A DNA stretch of 64,000 nucleotides from Clostridia bacterium (GCA_030154225.1 JASKKI010000001.1:30895-94894), one strand, 5' to 3'; positions 46,072 through 56,878 are shown, counted from the first letter of the stretch. Numbers and translations: made by a program. The notes: generated by a model not told the origin, from the sequence alone.

Positions 46072-46815
46072 TTACATTACCATTCCACCATCAACAGAAA
46101 TTACTTGTCCAGTAATATAATCAGCCTGGGAAGAAGCTAAGAAACTAACAACCCCTGCAACATCTTCAGTCTTCCCAAACCTTTGCAAAGGAATTCGGAC
46201 TAAAAGTTGTTCTTTTACTTCCTGAGGAAGTTTATCTGTCATATCTGTAGCTATAAACCCAGGGGCAACTGCATTTACCTGAATCCCCCGGGATGCTAAT
46301 TCTAAAGCCATGGATTTAGTGAAACCAATCACACCTGATTTAGCAGCAGCATAATTACTCTGTCCGGCATTACCAGTTAAACCAACAACAGAAGTAATAT
46401 TGATAATCTTACCCTTTTTTTGTTTCATCATACTACGAATTACTGCTTTAGTACAATTAAAAACTCCTTTAAGATTAGTATTCAATACCTGGTCCCAATC
46501 TTCTTCTTTCATGCGCATTAATAAGTTATCTTTTGTAATACCTGCGTTATTAACCAAAATATCGATAGTACCCAATTCTTTTTCGATAAGCTTAATCATT
46601 TCAGTTACTTCCTGGTTGGAAGACACATCAGCTTTAACTATTATCCCTTCTCCACCAGAAGCAATTATTTCATCTACAACTTCTTGGGCTTTATCTTTAT
46701 TACCCATATAATTAACTGCAACCCTGGCTCCTTTTTGAGCCAGGTCAAGGGCAATGGCCTTACCGATACCACGGGAAGCACCGGTAATTAAAGCCACCTG
46801 TCCCGATAAACTCAT
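46072..46815 (-). CDS. fabG: 3-oxoacyl-ACP reductase
   Basis: [28 protein letters not shown].. (SDR family). ATG 46815 one nt after the fabD stop. Confidence 0.94.
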   Translation of the reverse strand: MSLSGQVALITGASRGIGKAIALDLAQKGARVAVNYMGNKDKAQEVVDEIIASGGEGIIVKADVSSNQEVTEMIKLIEKELGTIDILVNNAGITKDNLLMRMKEEDWDQVLNTNLKGVFNCTKAVIRSMMKQKKGKIINITSVVGLTGNAGQSNYAAAKSGVIGFTKSMALELASRGIQVNAVAPGFIATDMTDKLPQEVKEQLLVRIPLQRFGKTEDVAGVVSFLASSQADYITGQVISVDGGMVM

Positions 46816-46816
46816 T

Positions 46817-47758
46817 TTACACACCTTCCTTTAAACCCTCAACAGTTTCTTGAAAAGAAAGAGAATCCTCAATATTAAATGTTTTTACCTGACGGTCAAT
46901 TTTTTTAATCAAACCGGATAATACTTTTCCTGCACCTATTTCTACAAAAGTAGTAACACCTAAAGCTATCATTTCTCTTACGGACTGTTCCCATTTTACA
47001 GAACCACTAACCTGATTAACTAAACCTTCTCTTATTTCATCTCTGGTTGTAACAGGTTTAGCAGTTATATTAGCAATCAACGGAACAATGGGGTTTCTAA
47101 TTTCAATGGTCTCTAAAGCTTTAGCCAATTTCATGCTGGCGGATTTAAGTAAAGAAGAATGGAAAGGACCACTAACAGGTAAAAGCATTGCTCTCTTAGC
47201 TCCAAAGTCTTTGGCTATACTTACCGCTTTTTCTACAGCCGGTGTTTGACCGGCAATAACGATTTGTCCCGGGCAGTTAAAGTTAGCAGGTTCAACAACA
47301 CCCTCATCACTACAACTTTTACACAGTTCTTCAATTTTTTCAATATCCAAGCCTAAAATTGCTGCCATTGTACCTTCACCAGGGGGAACAGCCTGCTGCA
47401 TAAATTTGCCTCTTTGTTCAACAAGCCAGACAGCATCAGTAAAATCTAACGCTTCTGCAGCAACTAATGCAGAATATTCGCCTAAACTATGTCCGGCAAC
47501 ATAATCTGGTTGAATTCCTTCCTCCTTAATAAGTTGGTAAAAAGCAATACTGGTTGTTAGTAGAGCCGGTTGTGTATGTACTGTTAGTTTTAATTTATCT
47601 TCAGGACCATTAAAGCATAAATCAGATAAACTATAACCTAATCGCGTATCAGCTTTTTCAAAGATAGTACGGGCTTGGGTAAAATTTTCAGCTATTTCTT
47701 TACCCATACCAACATATTGGGCACCTTGACCCGGAAAAACAAAGGCTATTTTGCCCAT
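46817..47758 (-). CDS. fabD: malonyl-CoA:ACP transacylase
   Basis: 313-aa [36 protein letters not shown].. Confidence 0.95.
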   Translation of the reverse strand: MGKIAFVFPGQGAQYVGMGKEIAENFTQARTIFEKADTRLGYSLSDLCFNGPEDKLKLTVHTQPALLTTSIAFYQLIKEEGIQPDYVAGHSLGEYSALVAAEALDFTDAVWLVEQRGKFMQQAVPPGEGTMAAILGLDIEKIEELCKSCSDEGVVEPANFNCPGQIVIAGQTPAVEKAVSIAKDFGAKRAMLLPVSGPFHSSLLKSASMKLAKALETIEIRNPIVPLIANITAKPVTTRDEIREGLVNQVSGSVKWEQSVREMIALGVTTFVEIGAGKVLSGLIKKIDRQVKTFNIEDSLSFQETVEGLKEGV

Positions 47759-47769
47759 AATTTTCCTCC

Positions 47770-48708
47770 TTAAAGATATTTTTGTAAGCCAGTGAGTACT
47801 TTTTGAGCATCATTAATTATTTCTTCTATTATTTCTTGGGCGGGTTGTATATTACTTACCATGGCGGCAATTTGACCGGCCATCACAGATCCCATCACAA
47901 CATCACCTTCAACGGCTGCAGCCCTTAGTCTACCTGCCCCAAGCTTTTCGAACTCTTCCATGCTGGCATTAGTTGAAGCTAAATCTTCAAAAGCACGGGT
48001 TAATTTATTTTTGATTACACGAACATGATGCCCGTGATAACCAGTTAAAACAGTATCCCGATCTTTGGCTTTGATGATAACTTCTTTATAATGGGGATGC
48101 ACAGTACATTCTGTAGCACAAACAAATCTTGTTCCCATTTGTACCCCTTGAGCACCCAGGCTTAGAGCGGCAGCAAGTCCTCTCCCATCAAAAATACCAC
48201 CGGCAGCTATCACAGGTATTTGTACCGCATCCACTATTTGTGGCACTAAAGCCATAGTTGTTATCTCTCCCACGTGGCCTCCACATTCCATACCTTCCGC
48301 AATTAAACCATCTACACCTGTTCGAGCTAGTCTTTTGGCCAGGGCTACAGAAGATACCACCGGGAAAATTTTAATTCCAACTTCTTTTAGCTTAGAAATA
48401 TGTTTGCCGGGATTACCAGCTCCTGTGGTAATGACAGCAACCTTTTCTTCTACTACCACATCAATAATATCCTCAACAAAAGGAGACATATAATATACAT
48501 TGACACCAAAGGGCTTTTTTGTCATACTTTTCGCTTTTTTAATCTGCTCTTTAACTACGTCAGGAGGTGCATTACCTGCCCCAATAATACCCAGCCCTCC
48601 TGCTTCTGAGACCGCTGCAGCCAGTTCAGCTGTAGCAATCCAAGCCATACCACCTTGAATAATAGGATATTTTATTCCTAGAATATTACATAAACTTGTC
48701 GTCAGCAA
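47770..48708 (-). CDS. fabK: enoyl-ACP reductase II (FMN-dependent)
   Basis: 312-aa ORF ..ILGIKYPIIQGGMAWIATAELAAAVSEAGGLGIIG.. TTG start with GGAGGGAA RBS. Canonical position between fabH and fabD. Confidence 0.85.
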   Translation of the reverse strand: MLTTSLCNILGIKYPIIQGGMAWIATAELAAAVSEAGGLGIIGAGNAPPDVVKEQIKKAKSMTKKPFGVNVYYMSPFVEDIIDVVVEEKVAVITTGAGNPGKHISKLKEVGIKIFPVVSSVALAKRLARTGVDGLIAEGMECGGHVGEITTMALVPQIVDAVQIPVIAAGGIFDGRGLAAALSLGAQGVQMGTRFVCATECTVHPHYKEVIIKAKDRDTVLTGYHGHHVRVIKNKLTRAFEDLASTNASMEEFEKLGAGRLRAAAVEGDVVMGSVMAGQIAAMVSNIQPAQEIIEEIINDAQKVLTGLQKYL

Positions 48709-48720
48709 ATTAATTCCCTC

Positions 48721-49719
48721 CTAATAACTCCAGCGAATTACACATGCACCCCAGGTTAACCCTGCTCCGAATCCAACCAGAACAATTATATCATCCTTAT
48801 TTATCTTATTTTCTTTAAGTGCCTCATCAAGGGCTACCGGAATGGAAGCACCTGACATATTCCCATATTTATCCAGATTGACATATACTTTTTCGGCTGG
48901 TAATTTTAAACGTTTTACTGCAGCATCAACAATTCTAATATTTGCCTGGTGGGGCACCAAATAATCCACATCTTCCCTGGTTAAACCTGCTTTTTCCAAG
49001 GTCTTTAAAGAAGTTTCTCCCATGATGCGTACGGCAAATTTAAATACATCATTACCAGACATAGCAAGATAATGCTGTCCCTTTTTTATTGTTTCCTCGG
49101 AAACAGGTAAACGGGAACCACCGGCCTCTAAATACAATAAATTTCCTCCCGAGCCGTCAGAACCCAGATCAAAAGCCAAGAATCCTTTACCATCTTCTAC
49201 AGGTCCTAAAACAGCTGCTCCAGCTCCATCTCCGAATAAAACAAGTGTATTTCTATCGGCAGGATTTAAAATCCTGCTCAAAGTTTCCGCTCCTATAACC
49301 AAAACATGTTTATACATCCCGGAAGCTATAAACTGACTACCAACCGCTAAACCATAGATAAACCCGGTACAAGCTGCACTTAAATCAAAGGCCGAAGCAT
49401 TAATAGCACCTATTTTTTCCTGGATTATACAGGCAGTGGATGGAAAAAACATATCCGGAGTTATGGTAGCAACTATGATTAAATCAATATCGTCTGGCTT
49501 AAGTCCAGCAGCCTCAATTGCTCTTTGTCCTGCAATAACACCCATATCTGAAGTAGCAATATGACTTTCAGCTTTACGCCGCTCACTGATACCTGTTCTT
49601 GTTACAATCCACTCGTCACTGGTATCAACTAATTTTTCCAGATCTTTGTTAGTAACCACCTGTTCTGGTACATATGATCCGGTACCAATAATCCCTACCG
49701 ATTGTAAGTTATTAATCAT
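48721..49719 (-). CDS. fabH: 3-oxoacyl-ACP synthase III
   Basis: ..GTGSYVPEQVVTN..SAACTGFIYG..VPHQANIRI..GFGAGLTWGA.. ATG 49719 shares one base with the plsX stop (TGATG). Confidence 0.95.
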   Translation of the reverse strand: MINNLQSVGIIGTGSYVPEQVVTNKDLEKLVDTSDEWIVTRTGISERRKAESHIATSDMGVIAGQRAIEAAGLKPDDIDLIIVATITPDMFFPSTACIIQEKIGAINASAFDLSAACTGFIYGLAVGSQFIASGMYKHVLVIGAETLSRILNPADRNTLVLFGDGAGAAVLGPVEDGKGFLAFDLGSDGSGGNLLYLEAGGSRLPVSEETIKKGQHYLAMSGNDVFKFAVRIMGETSLKTLEKAGLTREDVDYLVPHQANIRIVDAAVKRLKLPAEKVYVNLDKYGNMSGASIPVALDEALKENKINKDDIIVLVGFGAGLTWGACVIRWSY

Positions 49720-50714
49720 CACTCAACCTCTCCCATATGTATATTTTTTAATTTTTCCAAAAAACCCTGGGAGTGACTTTCATATGCTACTCTAATAGCA
49801 TTATGAATGGCTTTAGATTTGGAGCTACCATGACAAATTATACTAATACCATCAACACCCAGTAGAGGTGCTCCCCCATATTCCGAGTAATCCATTTGAT
49901 TTTTTAATCTTTTTAATGCTGGTAACATTAAACCCGCACCCAGTTTGGCCAGTAAATTCTTATTTATTTCTGTCCTTAAAAGATAGCCAAGTGAAGTAGC
50001 CATACCTTCAATTACTTTTAAAACTATATTTCCTACAAAACCGTCACAAACCATAACATCGGCCATTCCCTGGGGAATGTCTCTACCCTCAATATTTCCA
50101 ACAAAGTTTAGATCTTTTTGTTTTGCCAATTGTTCATAAGTCTTAATTACTAATTCATTACCTTTTGTTTCTTCACTTCCAATATTGATTAAGGCTACTT
50201 TAGGGTTTTTTATACCTAAAACATTTTCTGCATAAATACTACCCATTTGGGCAAACTGCACTAGATTTTGAATCTTACAGTCAGCGTTGGCCCCGGCATC
50301 GAGAAGAAGTTTACCTCCTTTTAAGGTGGGTAACACAGTACCGATAGCAGGACGTTCAACACCTTTAATGCGACCTAAACCAAATAAGGCTGCTACCATT
50401 TGACCCCCAGTACTACCTGCCGAAACAACAGCTTGTGCATCCCCATTCTTTACTAGTTTTGTAGCTACTGTAATAGAAGCGTCTTTTTTCCGGCGATAAG
50501 CCAAACCAGGATGGTCTTCCATTGTTATTACTTCAGAAGCATGAACTATTTCCAACTTATTATTTTTTCCATTTAAAAATTGTTCTATGACTTCTTTTTT
50601 ACCAACCAAGAAGATCTTTTCGAGATAGGGATAAAGATTTACTGCTTCTTGCGCTCCCTTGATAATCTCTTCTGGTGCATAATCACCACCCATTACATCT
50701 AAAGCAACCCTCAC
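49719..50714 (-). CDS. plsX: phosphate:acyl-ACP acyltransferase
   Basis: 331-aa ORF (M)RVALDVMGGDYAPEEIIKGA.. GTG start with GGAGGAA RBS. Confidence 0.94.
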   Translation of the reverse strand: MRVALDVMGGDYAPEEIIKGAQEAVNLYPYLEKIFLVGKKEVIEQFLNGKNNKLEIVHASEVITMEDHPGLAYRRKKDASITVATKLVKNGDAQAVVSAGSTGGQMVAALFGLGRIKGVERPAIGTVLPTLKGGKLLLDAGANADCKIQNLVQFAQMGSIYAENVLGIKNPKVALINIGSEETKGNELVIKTYEQLAKQKDLNFVGNIEGRDIPQGMADVMVCDGFVGNIVLKVIEGMATSLGYLLRTEINKNLLAKLGAGLMLPALKRLKNQMDYSEYGGAPLLGVDGISIICHGSSKSKAIHNAIRVAYESHSQGFLEKLKNIHMGEVE

Positions 50715-50725
50715 ACCAATTCCTC

Positions 50726-51280
50726 CTAACGTGAGACAACAATAAACTTGCCAACAAAAACTTCCTCGGCTCCCACTTTAGATACAACTTTAACCAGATG
50801 TTTATTACTACGTTGACGGGCTAAAATAGCGGTAGCTATTAACTTCTCATTTAAATAGACAGGTCTTCTGTATCTAACCCTGGCACTCCCCGTTAAAACA
50901 ACCTCTGCATCTATCAAAGCAACAGCAAGCATATTAGCTTGAGAAAAAATATGATGCCCACGACATACTTTACTTTTTTCCGCAACCATTTCCGGAGTTA
51001 TTTCTAAAATGGAGGTGGCTTTATTGCCCAATTCCAGTTCAATAAGTTCACCAATTATTTCAGTATCAATAACAGACTTTACTTTTGCATAATTATTTTC
51101 GGCAACCCTTTTCATCCTCTCCCGCACTTCAGGTATACCTAATTCCAAACGATCCAAACGTATTGTCTGAATACTACAACAAAACTTTTGAGCTAAGTCT
51201 TCATCTGTAGCAAAAGGATTTTCCAGTAAAAATTCTTGTAACTGTTCCTGTCTTTCTGCTTTTGCAATACGCTTTTTCAT
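50726..51280 (-). CDS. fapR: fatty acid/phospholipid synthesis repressor FapR
   Basis: MKKRIAKAERQEQLQEFLLENPFATDEDLAQKFCCSIQTIRLDRLELGI.. (HTH) plus a hot-dog/thioesterase-like C-domain. First gene of the fap-pls-fab array. Confidence 0.88.
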   Translation of the reverse strand: MKKRIAKAERQEQLQEFLLENPFATDEDLAQKFCCSIQTIRLDRLELGIPEVRERMKRVAENNYAKVKSVIDTEIIGELIELELGNKATSILEITPEMVAEKSKVCRGHHIFSQANMLAVALIDAEVVLTGSARVRYRRPVYLNEKLIATAILARQRSNKHLVKVVSKVGAEEVFVGKFIVVSR

Positions 51281-51295
51281 ATGTACCACCCATTC

Positions 51296-51325
51296 TTTAT
51301 ATCAAGTATTAGTACCTGATGCCAA
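51296..51325 (-). promoter_or_regulatory. fapR promoter with embedded FapR-box-like operator
   Basis: Minus strand TTGGCA - 18 nt - TATAAA. Plus strand 51309-51325 reads TTAGTACCTGATGCCAA, whose left half TTAGTACCT matches the FapR operator half-site as I recall it from Bacillus and Staphylococcus. Confidence 0.5.
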
Positions 51326-51398
51326 CACCAAGTATAATATATTATTGCCATCTTTGCAATAATTAAATTCTTTTTTTTGCCATTTACTATTTTATAAT

Positions 51399-51427
51399 TA
51401 AAAGAGCAAGCCTTATAGCCTGCTCTT
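51399..51427 (-). terminator. terminator after rpmF
   Basis: Minus strand AAGAGCAGGC-UAUAAG-GCUUGCUCUU followed by UUAAUUAU, ~13 nt after the stop. Confidence 0.6.
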
Positions 51428-51440
51428 AATAACTCAAAGT

Positions 51441-51629
51441 TTATTCAGCTGCTGCTTTTTTTACTACTTCACGGTTTTTGTAATATCCACATTCAGGGCA
51501 AACCCTGTGAGGTAATTTAGGTTCATGGCATTGTGGACATTCCATTCTGGTGGGAGAATCCAATTTAGCCCAAATTGACCTTTTCTTCCTAGTTCTGGAT
51601 TTTGATCTCTTATTCTGTTGAACTCCCAT
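51441..51629 (-). CDS. rpmF: 50S ribosomal protein L32
   Basis: 62-aa ORF MGVQQNKRSKSRTRKKR..CPQCHEPKLPHRVCPECGYY (zinc-ribbon form). Confidence 0.96.
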   Translation of the reverse strand: MGVQQNKRSKSRTRKKRSIWAKLDSPTRMECPQCHEPKLPHRVCPECGYYKNREVVKKAAAE

Positions 51630-51641
51630 GACTACACCTCC

Positions 51642-52166
51642 TCAATCCCTTTTAAGTTTGGCTAAAATTGCTAATCGAGGGTCAATTTCTTCTGTATTAC
51701 AATCACATTCTTTTATATTTAAATTTTGACCACACCTAAAACACAAACCACGGCATCTTTCATCACATAATATTTTATAGGGCAGTGATAAAATTATATT
51801 CTCCCTTACAATATCTGTTAAATCAAATATATCATTATCAAAAACAATATATTTTTCCTCTATTTCATTTTCCGATAAATTACCTAAATATCTTAAATCA
51901 GCAAAATATACTAACTCTTCCTCAATAACGGTATTAATGAGAATTATCACATCCTCCAAACACCGGTTACATCTAGCTTTAATTTCTGTATTAATATAAC
52001 CCTTTAATTCTAAAATAGGGCCGTTATTTGTTACCATAACAGAAATCCGAATGGGTTTAACCATCTCTAATTCACTAGTCAAGTCTATTTTTTCTTCTAT
52101 CAATTCATAATTAGTAGTAATACCAACAGCATTTCTAACTCTATTTAAATTAATATTTAAGGTCAT
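51642..52166 (-). CDS. yceD: YceD/YlbN (DUF177) family protein
   Basis: 174-aa ORF with Cys pairs (CNRCL..; CDERCRGLCFRCGQNLN..CDC). Immediately upstream of rpmF, as is universal for this family. Confidence 0.88.
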   Translation of the reverse strand: MTLNINLNRVRNAVGITTNYELIEEKIDLTSELEMVKPIRISVMVTNNGPILELKGYINTEIKARCNRCLEDVIILINTVIEEELVYFADLRYLGNLSENEIEEKYIVFDNDIFDLTDIVRENIILSLPYKILCDERCRGLCFRCGQNLNIKECDCNTEEIDPRLAILAKLKRD

Positions 52167-52217
52167 AACAAACCACCTTTGAAGCTACACCCATTCATGA
52201 ACATAGGCGACTTTTTA

Positions 52218-52246
52218 ATTATATATTCCTAGGTTTCAGTTGTCAA
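52218..52246 (-). promoter_or_regulatory. consensus sigma-A promoter for yceD-rpmF, overlapping the ackA stop codon
   Basis: Minus strand TTGACA - 17 nt - TATAAT, a perfect consensus. Confidence 0.7.
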
Positions 52247-53451
52247 GTTAATTGCCTTGCCACCACTAAATTTTTTGTATCCCTAGCTATCATCAGTTCC
52301 TCATTTGTTGGTATTACCAGTACTTTAACTTTTGCTCCATTTTTAGATATTTCCACTTCTTTACATCTAACATAATTTTTAGTTTCATCGATAGTTATAC
52401 CTAAAGCTTCCATATTAATACAAATATTTTTACGAACTTCTATACCATTTTCACCTAAACCCGCTGTAAAAATCAATACATCCAACCCTTCTAAAATGGC
52501 TGTATAAGCACCAATATGTAGCTTCACATCATGGACAAACATATCAATGGCAAGTCGGGCCCTTTCGTTACCTTTTTTACTGGCTTCTTCCAGATCTCTA
52601 AAATCACTGCTTATCCCTGAAATACCTAATACTCCACTTTTTTTGTTTAATAGGCTCTCTATTTCTTTAATATTCATATTTTCCTTTATCATTAAAAACG
52701 ATACTATGGCCGGATCAATATCACCTGAACGTGTACCCATGATTAACCCTTCTAATGGAGTAAAACCCATGGTATTTTCTAGGGATTTTCCATCTTTTAT
52801 AGCAGTGATACTTGCCCCATTACCTAAATGACAAGATATTATTTTTAGCTGATCCCAGGATTGTCCAAGTAATTCTCCAGCCCGCTGTGCCACATATTTA
52901 TGGGAAGTACCATGAAATCCATACTTTCTAATTTTGTACTTTTCATAGCATTCATAAGGTAACCCATAAAGATATGCATATTTGGGCATAGTTTGATGAA
53001 AAGCTGTATCAAAAACAGCCACTTGGGGAACATCTGGTAGTAATTTTTCCATTGCCTCAATCCCCTGCAAATTAGGAGGATTATGTAAAGGTGCCACTAT
53101 AAACAGTTCTCGAATATCCTCTTTTACTTCTTCCGTAATAATTACCGAAGAAGAAAACTTATGTCCTCCATGGGCTACCCGGTGACCTACAGCATTTATT
53201 TCAGTGATATCATTTAAAACACCATGTTTAGAGCTTACTAAAGTTTGTAATATTAATTCTATAGCTTGTTGATGGTCTTTTAATTCTTCTTCTATAATTA
53301 CTTTTTCACCATCTTTTATTTCATGTTTGAGAAATGAATTATTAATACCTATTCTTTCTGCAATACCTTTAGCAAGTACATTTTCTGCTTCCATATTAAA
53401 TACCTGATACTTTAAAGAAGAACTGCCACAATTAATTACCAGTATCTTCAC
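52243..53451 (-). CDS. ackA: acetate kinase
   Basis: 402-aa ORF (M)[31 protein letters not shown].. GTG start with GGGGGT RBS. Confidence 0.96.
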   Translation of the reverse strand: MKILVINCGSSSLKYQVFNMEAENVLAKGIAERIGINNSFLKHEIKDGEKVIIEEELKDHQQAIELILQTLVSSKHGVLNDITEINAVGHRVAHGGHKFSSSVIITEEVKEDIRELFIVAPLHNPPNLQGIEAMEKLLPDVPQVAVFDTAFHQTMPKYAYLYGLPYECYEKYKIRKYGFHGTSHKYVAQRAGELLGQSWDQLKIISCHLGNGASITAIKDGKSLENTMGFTPLEGLIMGTRSGDIDPAIVSFLMIKENMNIKEIESLLNKKSGVLGISGISSDFRDLEEASKKGNERARLAIDMFVHDVKLHIGAYTAILEGLDVLIFTAGLGENGIEVRKNICINMEALGITIDETKNYVRCKEVEISKNGAKVKVLVIPTNEELMIARDTKNLVVARQLT

Positions 53452-53473
53452 ATATTAACCCCCTAATAACTCT

Positions 53474-54463
53474 TTAACACTGCAACACAGTCATAGCAAC
53501 CGTATTAACTATATCATCAATACTACATCCCCTAGAAAGGTCATTTACAGGTTTATTCATACCTTGAAGAACAGGTCCTACTGCTTCGGCTTTGGCTAAA
53601 CGTTGTACTAATTTATAACCGATATTACCTGCTTGTAAATCAGGGAAAACCAGGACATTTACATTACCAGCAACTTCACTACCAGGTGCTTTAGAACTAC
53701 CTACTTCCGGTACCAAAGCAGCATCAGCTTGTAGTTCTCCATCAATAGCTAAATCAGGATATTTTTCCCTAGCAATTTGCGTGGCTTTAACAACTTTATC
53801 CACCAGTTCATGTTTAGCACTACCTTTAGTTGAGAAGGATAGCATACCAACCTTTGGTTCAAATCCTACTAAAGCTTTAGCGGTTTTACCGGAAAGATAA
53901 GCAATCTCTGCTAATTGTTCAGCAGTAGGATTGGGATTAACGGCACAATCAGCAAAAATCATAATACCATTTTCACCAAATTTACAATCAGGAACAATCA
54001 TAATAAAAGCACCAGAAACAGAAGATATCCCTTTTTCTGTTTTAATAATTTGTAAAGCAGGTCTTAATACATCTCCAGTAGTATTTTGAGCACCCGCTAC
54101 CATACCATCTGCATCGCCTTTATTAACCATTAATGACCCGAAATATAAAGGATATTTTGTTAACTGTCTGGCGTCATCCAATGTTAAACCTTTATGTTTT
54201 CTTAATTCATATAAGTCCTGGGCATATTCTTCAAACTTTTCTGCCTCGGTAGGATTTATAATTTGCAAACCGGATAAATCTACGGCAAATTTTTGGGCAA
54301 CAGCCTCAACTTCGTCTTTTGTACCTAAAAGAATAACTTTAGCGATATTCTCCTTAGCAATAATACCTGCAGCCTGGATAGTTCTTTCTTCTGTACCTTC
54401 TGGTAGTACTATAGTAGCCTTTTTCCCTTTAGCTTTGTCTTTAATACTTTGAATTAAATTCAT
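53474..54463 (-). CDS. pta: phosphate acetyltransferase
   Basis: 329-aa ORF MNLIQSIKDKAKGKKATIVLPEGTEERTIQAA.. ..NDLSRGCS.. Upstream of ackA. Confidence 0.95.
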   Translation of the reverse strand: MNLIQSIKDKAKGKKATIVLPEGTEERTIQAAGIIAKENIAKVILLGTKDEVEAVAQKFAVDLSGLQIINPTEAEKFEEYAQDLYELRKHKGLTLDDARQLTKYPLYFGSLMVNKGDADGMVAGAQNTTGDVLRPALQIIKTEKGISSVSGAFIMIVPDCKFGENGIMIFADCAVNPNPTAEQLAEIAYLSGKTAKALVGFEPKVGMLSFSTKGSAKHELVDKVVKATQIAREKYPDLAIDGELQADAALVPEVGSSKAPGSEVAGNVNVLVFPDLQAGNIGYKLVQRLAKAEAVGPVLQGMNKPVNDLSRGCSIDDIVNTVAMTVLQC

Positions 54464-54597
54464 TAAAAAACTCCTCCTTTTGATATAATAAATTTAGATA
54501 ACTTATTTTAATTCAGCGAATTTTTATGAATTCCTACCCATAAATTTATTTTTTGTTTAAAAAAATCTCCTTATGTACCGAAGGGAATGAATATTTT

Positions 54598-55815
54598 ATG
54601 AAAGTCCTGGGTGTTATTGCTGAGTATAACCCTTTTCATTTTGGTCATTATTATCACTTGCAAAAGGCAAAAGAATTAACGGGAGCCAGTGCAGTAATTT
54701 GCATTATAGGTAGCAGTTTTTTACAAAGAGGAGAACCTGCATTAGTTGATAAATGGGCTCGATGCCAAATGGCTCTACATGCGGGTGCAGATTTAATTTT
54801 AGAACTACCGATAGTATTTTCTTGTCGAAGTGCACTGTGGTTTGCTATGGGTGGAGTTAAGTCCTTAGCCTCAACAGGCATTATCACCCACCTGGCTTTT
54901 GGGGCAGAAACGACTGATCTCAATAAAATGCAACAAATTGCAAGGATATTAAACCAAGAAAATAGTTCATTTGTTAAAAATCTTGAAAAATACCTGGATT
55001 TAGGTTATTCATACCCTAAATCCAGAAGTCTTACTTTACAAACAATTTTAAATACCCCGGAAAATGATTTTATTAACGACCTGGATAAACCAAATAATAT
55101 TTTAGCCCTGGCCTATCTACAGGTTCTAGAATCTTTAAATTCCAAAATTGAACCTGTTCTTATTAAAAGACTGGGCCATTATCATTCCCTTCAACCAGAA
55201 AATGGAATTGCCAGTGCCACAGCTATAAGAAAATTAATATTAGAAAAAAATCCTCTCTGGTATAAGTATGTGCCGGAGTCTACTAAAGAAATATTGACGT
55301 TGGAATTTAATCAGGGTAAAGGGCCTGTTTCTTTACAATCCGTAGAACAAAGTATAATGGCTACTATTAGACGAAAAACCCCTAAAGATTTAAAAAATAT
55401 AATTGAAGTTAAGGAAGGTTTAGAAAACCGTATTTGGCAATTGGCCCAAAGCTCGGGTAATATCACTTCTTTAATTGAAAAACTAAAAACGAAACGCTAT
55501 ACCTACACTAGAATGCAGCGTTTATTGACCCATATATTTATAAGATTTACTAATGATTTAAGTATTACGTCACCTGAATATTTAAGGGTGCTGGGTTTTA
55601 ATTCTAAAGGCCAGGAGTTACTACAATTAATGAAAACCAATTGTCAACTACCCATTATCACAAAATTTGCTCAGGGATATGACCAAGTTTCGGAGATTGG
55701 TAAAAAAGTAATGGATTTGGAAGCGAGAGCTACAGACTTATATACACTTGCTTTTCCCAACCCCCAAGTGCGTCAGGGAAGGCAGGACTTTTATAGATCG
55801 CCAATTATTATTTAG
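54598..55815 (+). CDS. tmcAL: tRNA(Met) cytidine acetate ligase TmcAL (YlbM, UPF0348 nucleotidyltransferase)
   Basis: MKVLGVIAEYNPFHFGHYYHLQKAKE.. (HxGH-type nucleotidyltransferase motif). ATG 54598 preferred to the track start at 54553. Confidence 0.85.
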   Translation: MKVLGVIAEYNPFHFGHYYHLQKAKELTGASAVICIIGSSFLQRGEPALVDKWARCQMALHAGADLILELPIVFSCRSALWFAMGGVKSLASTGIITHLAFGAETTDLNKMQQIARILNQENSSFVKNLEKYLDLGYSYPKSRSLTLQTILNTPENDFINDLDKPNNILALAYLQVLESLNSKIEPVLIKRLGHYHSLQPENGIASATAIRKLILEKNPLWYKYVPESTKEILTLEFNQGKGPVSLQSVEQSIMATIRRKTPKDLKNIIEVKEGLENRIWQLAQSSGNITSLIEKLKTKRYTYTRMQRLLTHIFIRFTNDLSITSPEYLRVLGFNSKGQELLQLMKTNCQLPIITKFAQGYDQVSEIGKKVMDLEARATDLYTLAFPNPQVRQGRQDFYRSPIII

Positions 55816-55956
55816 TAGTCACAAAAATAAACCCTTGTTATTTATCTAAAACCGAAACATCGCGAGTTAAAATAAAAGGAGTTTATTCAAAAAATTTGTC
55901 TGGGTCTGATTAGTTTTGATAATTATATGGGGTTTGGGTATAAACTGTGCCTTTAG

Positions 55957-56736
55957 TCACTGACTAAAAGCTTTTATTTTTTCCTTAATTTCATCCAAGG
56001 CCTCCTCACAAGCTATTTTACCCATTTCAATAAAATGCTCTGCAGCTTCAAAATCTGTCCAATTATAATCACATACCCTAGGCTTAATAATAATATCAGC
56101 ATAACATGTATAATAACTTCTGATTTGCCTTTCCAAGAGTTCAATGGACTGCATTATTACATCATAGATATTATTAATTTCTATCTTTTCTTTGTTATGA
56201 AACTGTAGATCCACAGCAATTACCATTTCTGCTCCCATTTCTTTAGCCAATTGGGCCGGGACTCTATCTGTTACAGCACCATCTACCAGGATTCGGTTAT
56301 CCATCCAAAAGGGTTGTACTACACCAGGTACCGCTATACTCGCCCGCACTGCATTAGCTACATTTCCTTCTTTAAAAACTATTCTTTCACCATTTTGCAA
56401 GTCGGTAGCAACTACCCCTAAAGGAATATTTAATTGTTCAAAACTTTTATTATGGGTCATTAACCTGATTAAGGCATGGGCCTTTTTTCCTTTAATCAAT
56501 CCCCATTTGGGAATAACTATATCTATTAAATGGGAATTATTAAGTTCCTTAGCTAATTTAGCCATTAAATCCAGATTTGAACCAGCTGCATAAAAGGACC
56601 CAATAGCTGCTCCCATACTTGAACCAGTGATAATATCAATAGGGATTTGAGCTTTTTCCAAAACCTGCAATACGCCAATATGGGCCAGACCCTTAGCCCC
56701 CCCTGCTCCTAAAGCTAATCCAATTTTCGGTCCCAT
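55957..56736 (-). CDS. patatin-like phospholipase (YlbK-like)
   Basis: MGPKIGLALGAGGAKGLAHIGVLQVL..ITGSSMGAAIG (GxSxG)..LVDGAV (DG dyad). ATG 56736 preferred to 56754. Confidence 0.88.
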   Translation of the reverse strand: MGPKIGLALGAGGAKGLAHIGVLQVLEKAQIPIDIITGSSMGAAIGSFYAAGSNLDLMAKLAKELNNSHLIDIVIPKWGLIKGKKAHALIRLMTHNKSFEQLNIPLGVVATDLQNGERIVFKEGNVANAVRASIAVPGVVQPFWMDNRILVDGAVTDRVPAQLAKEMGAEMVIAVDLQFHNKEKIEINNIYDVIMQSIELLERQIRSYYTCYADIIIKPRVCDYNWTDFEAAEHFIEMGKIACEEALDEIKEKIKAFSQ

Positions 56737-56878
56737 TAGAATATCATCTCCCACTAATGATTATTAACTGTGCTTCAGTAACCTTATGTTTGAATTTTAT
56801 TTACAAGAAAATATTATCATATCCTGCTGATTATTACATATATACTCTAATAACAAAGAAATTAAGGTGGAATGTTTT

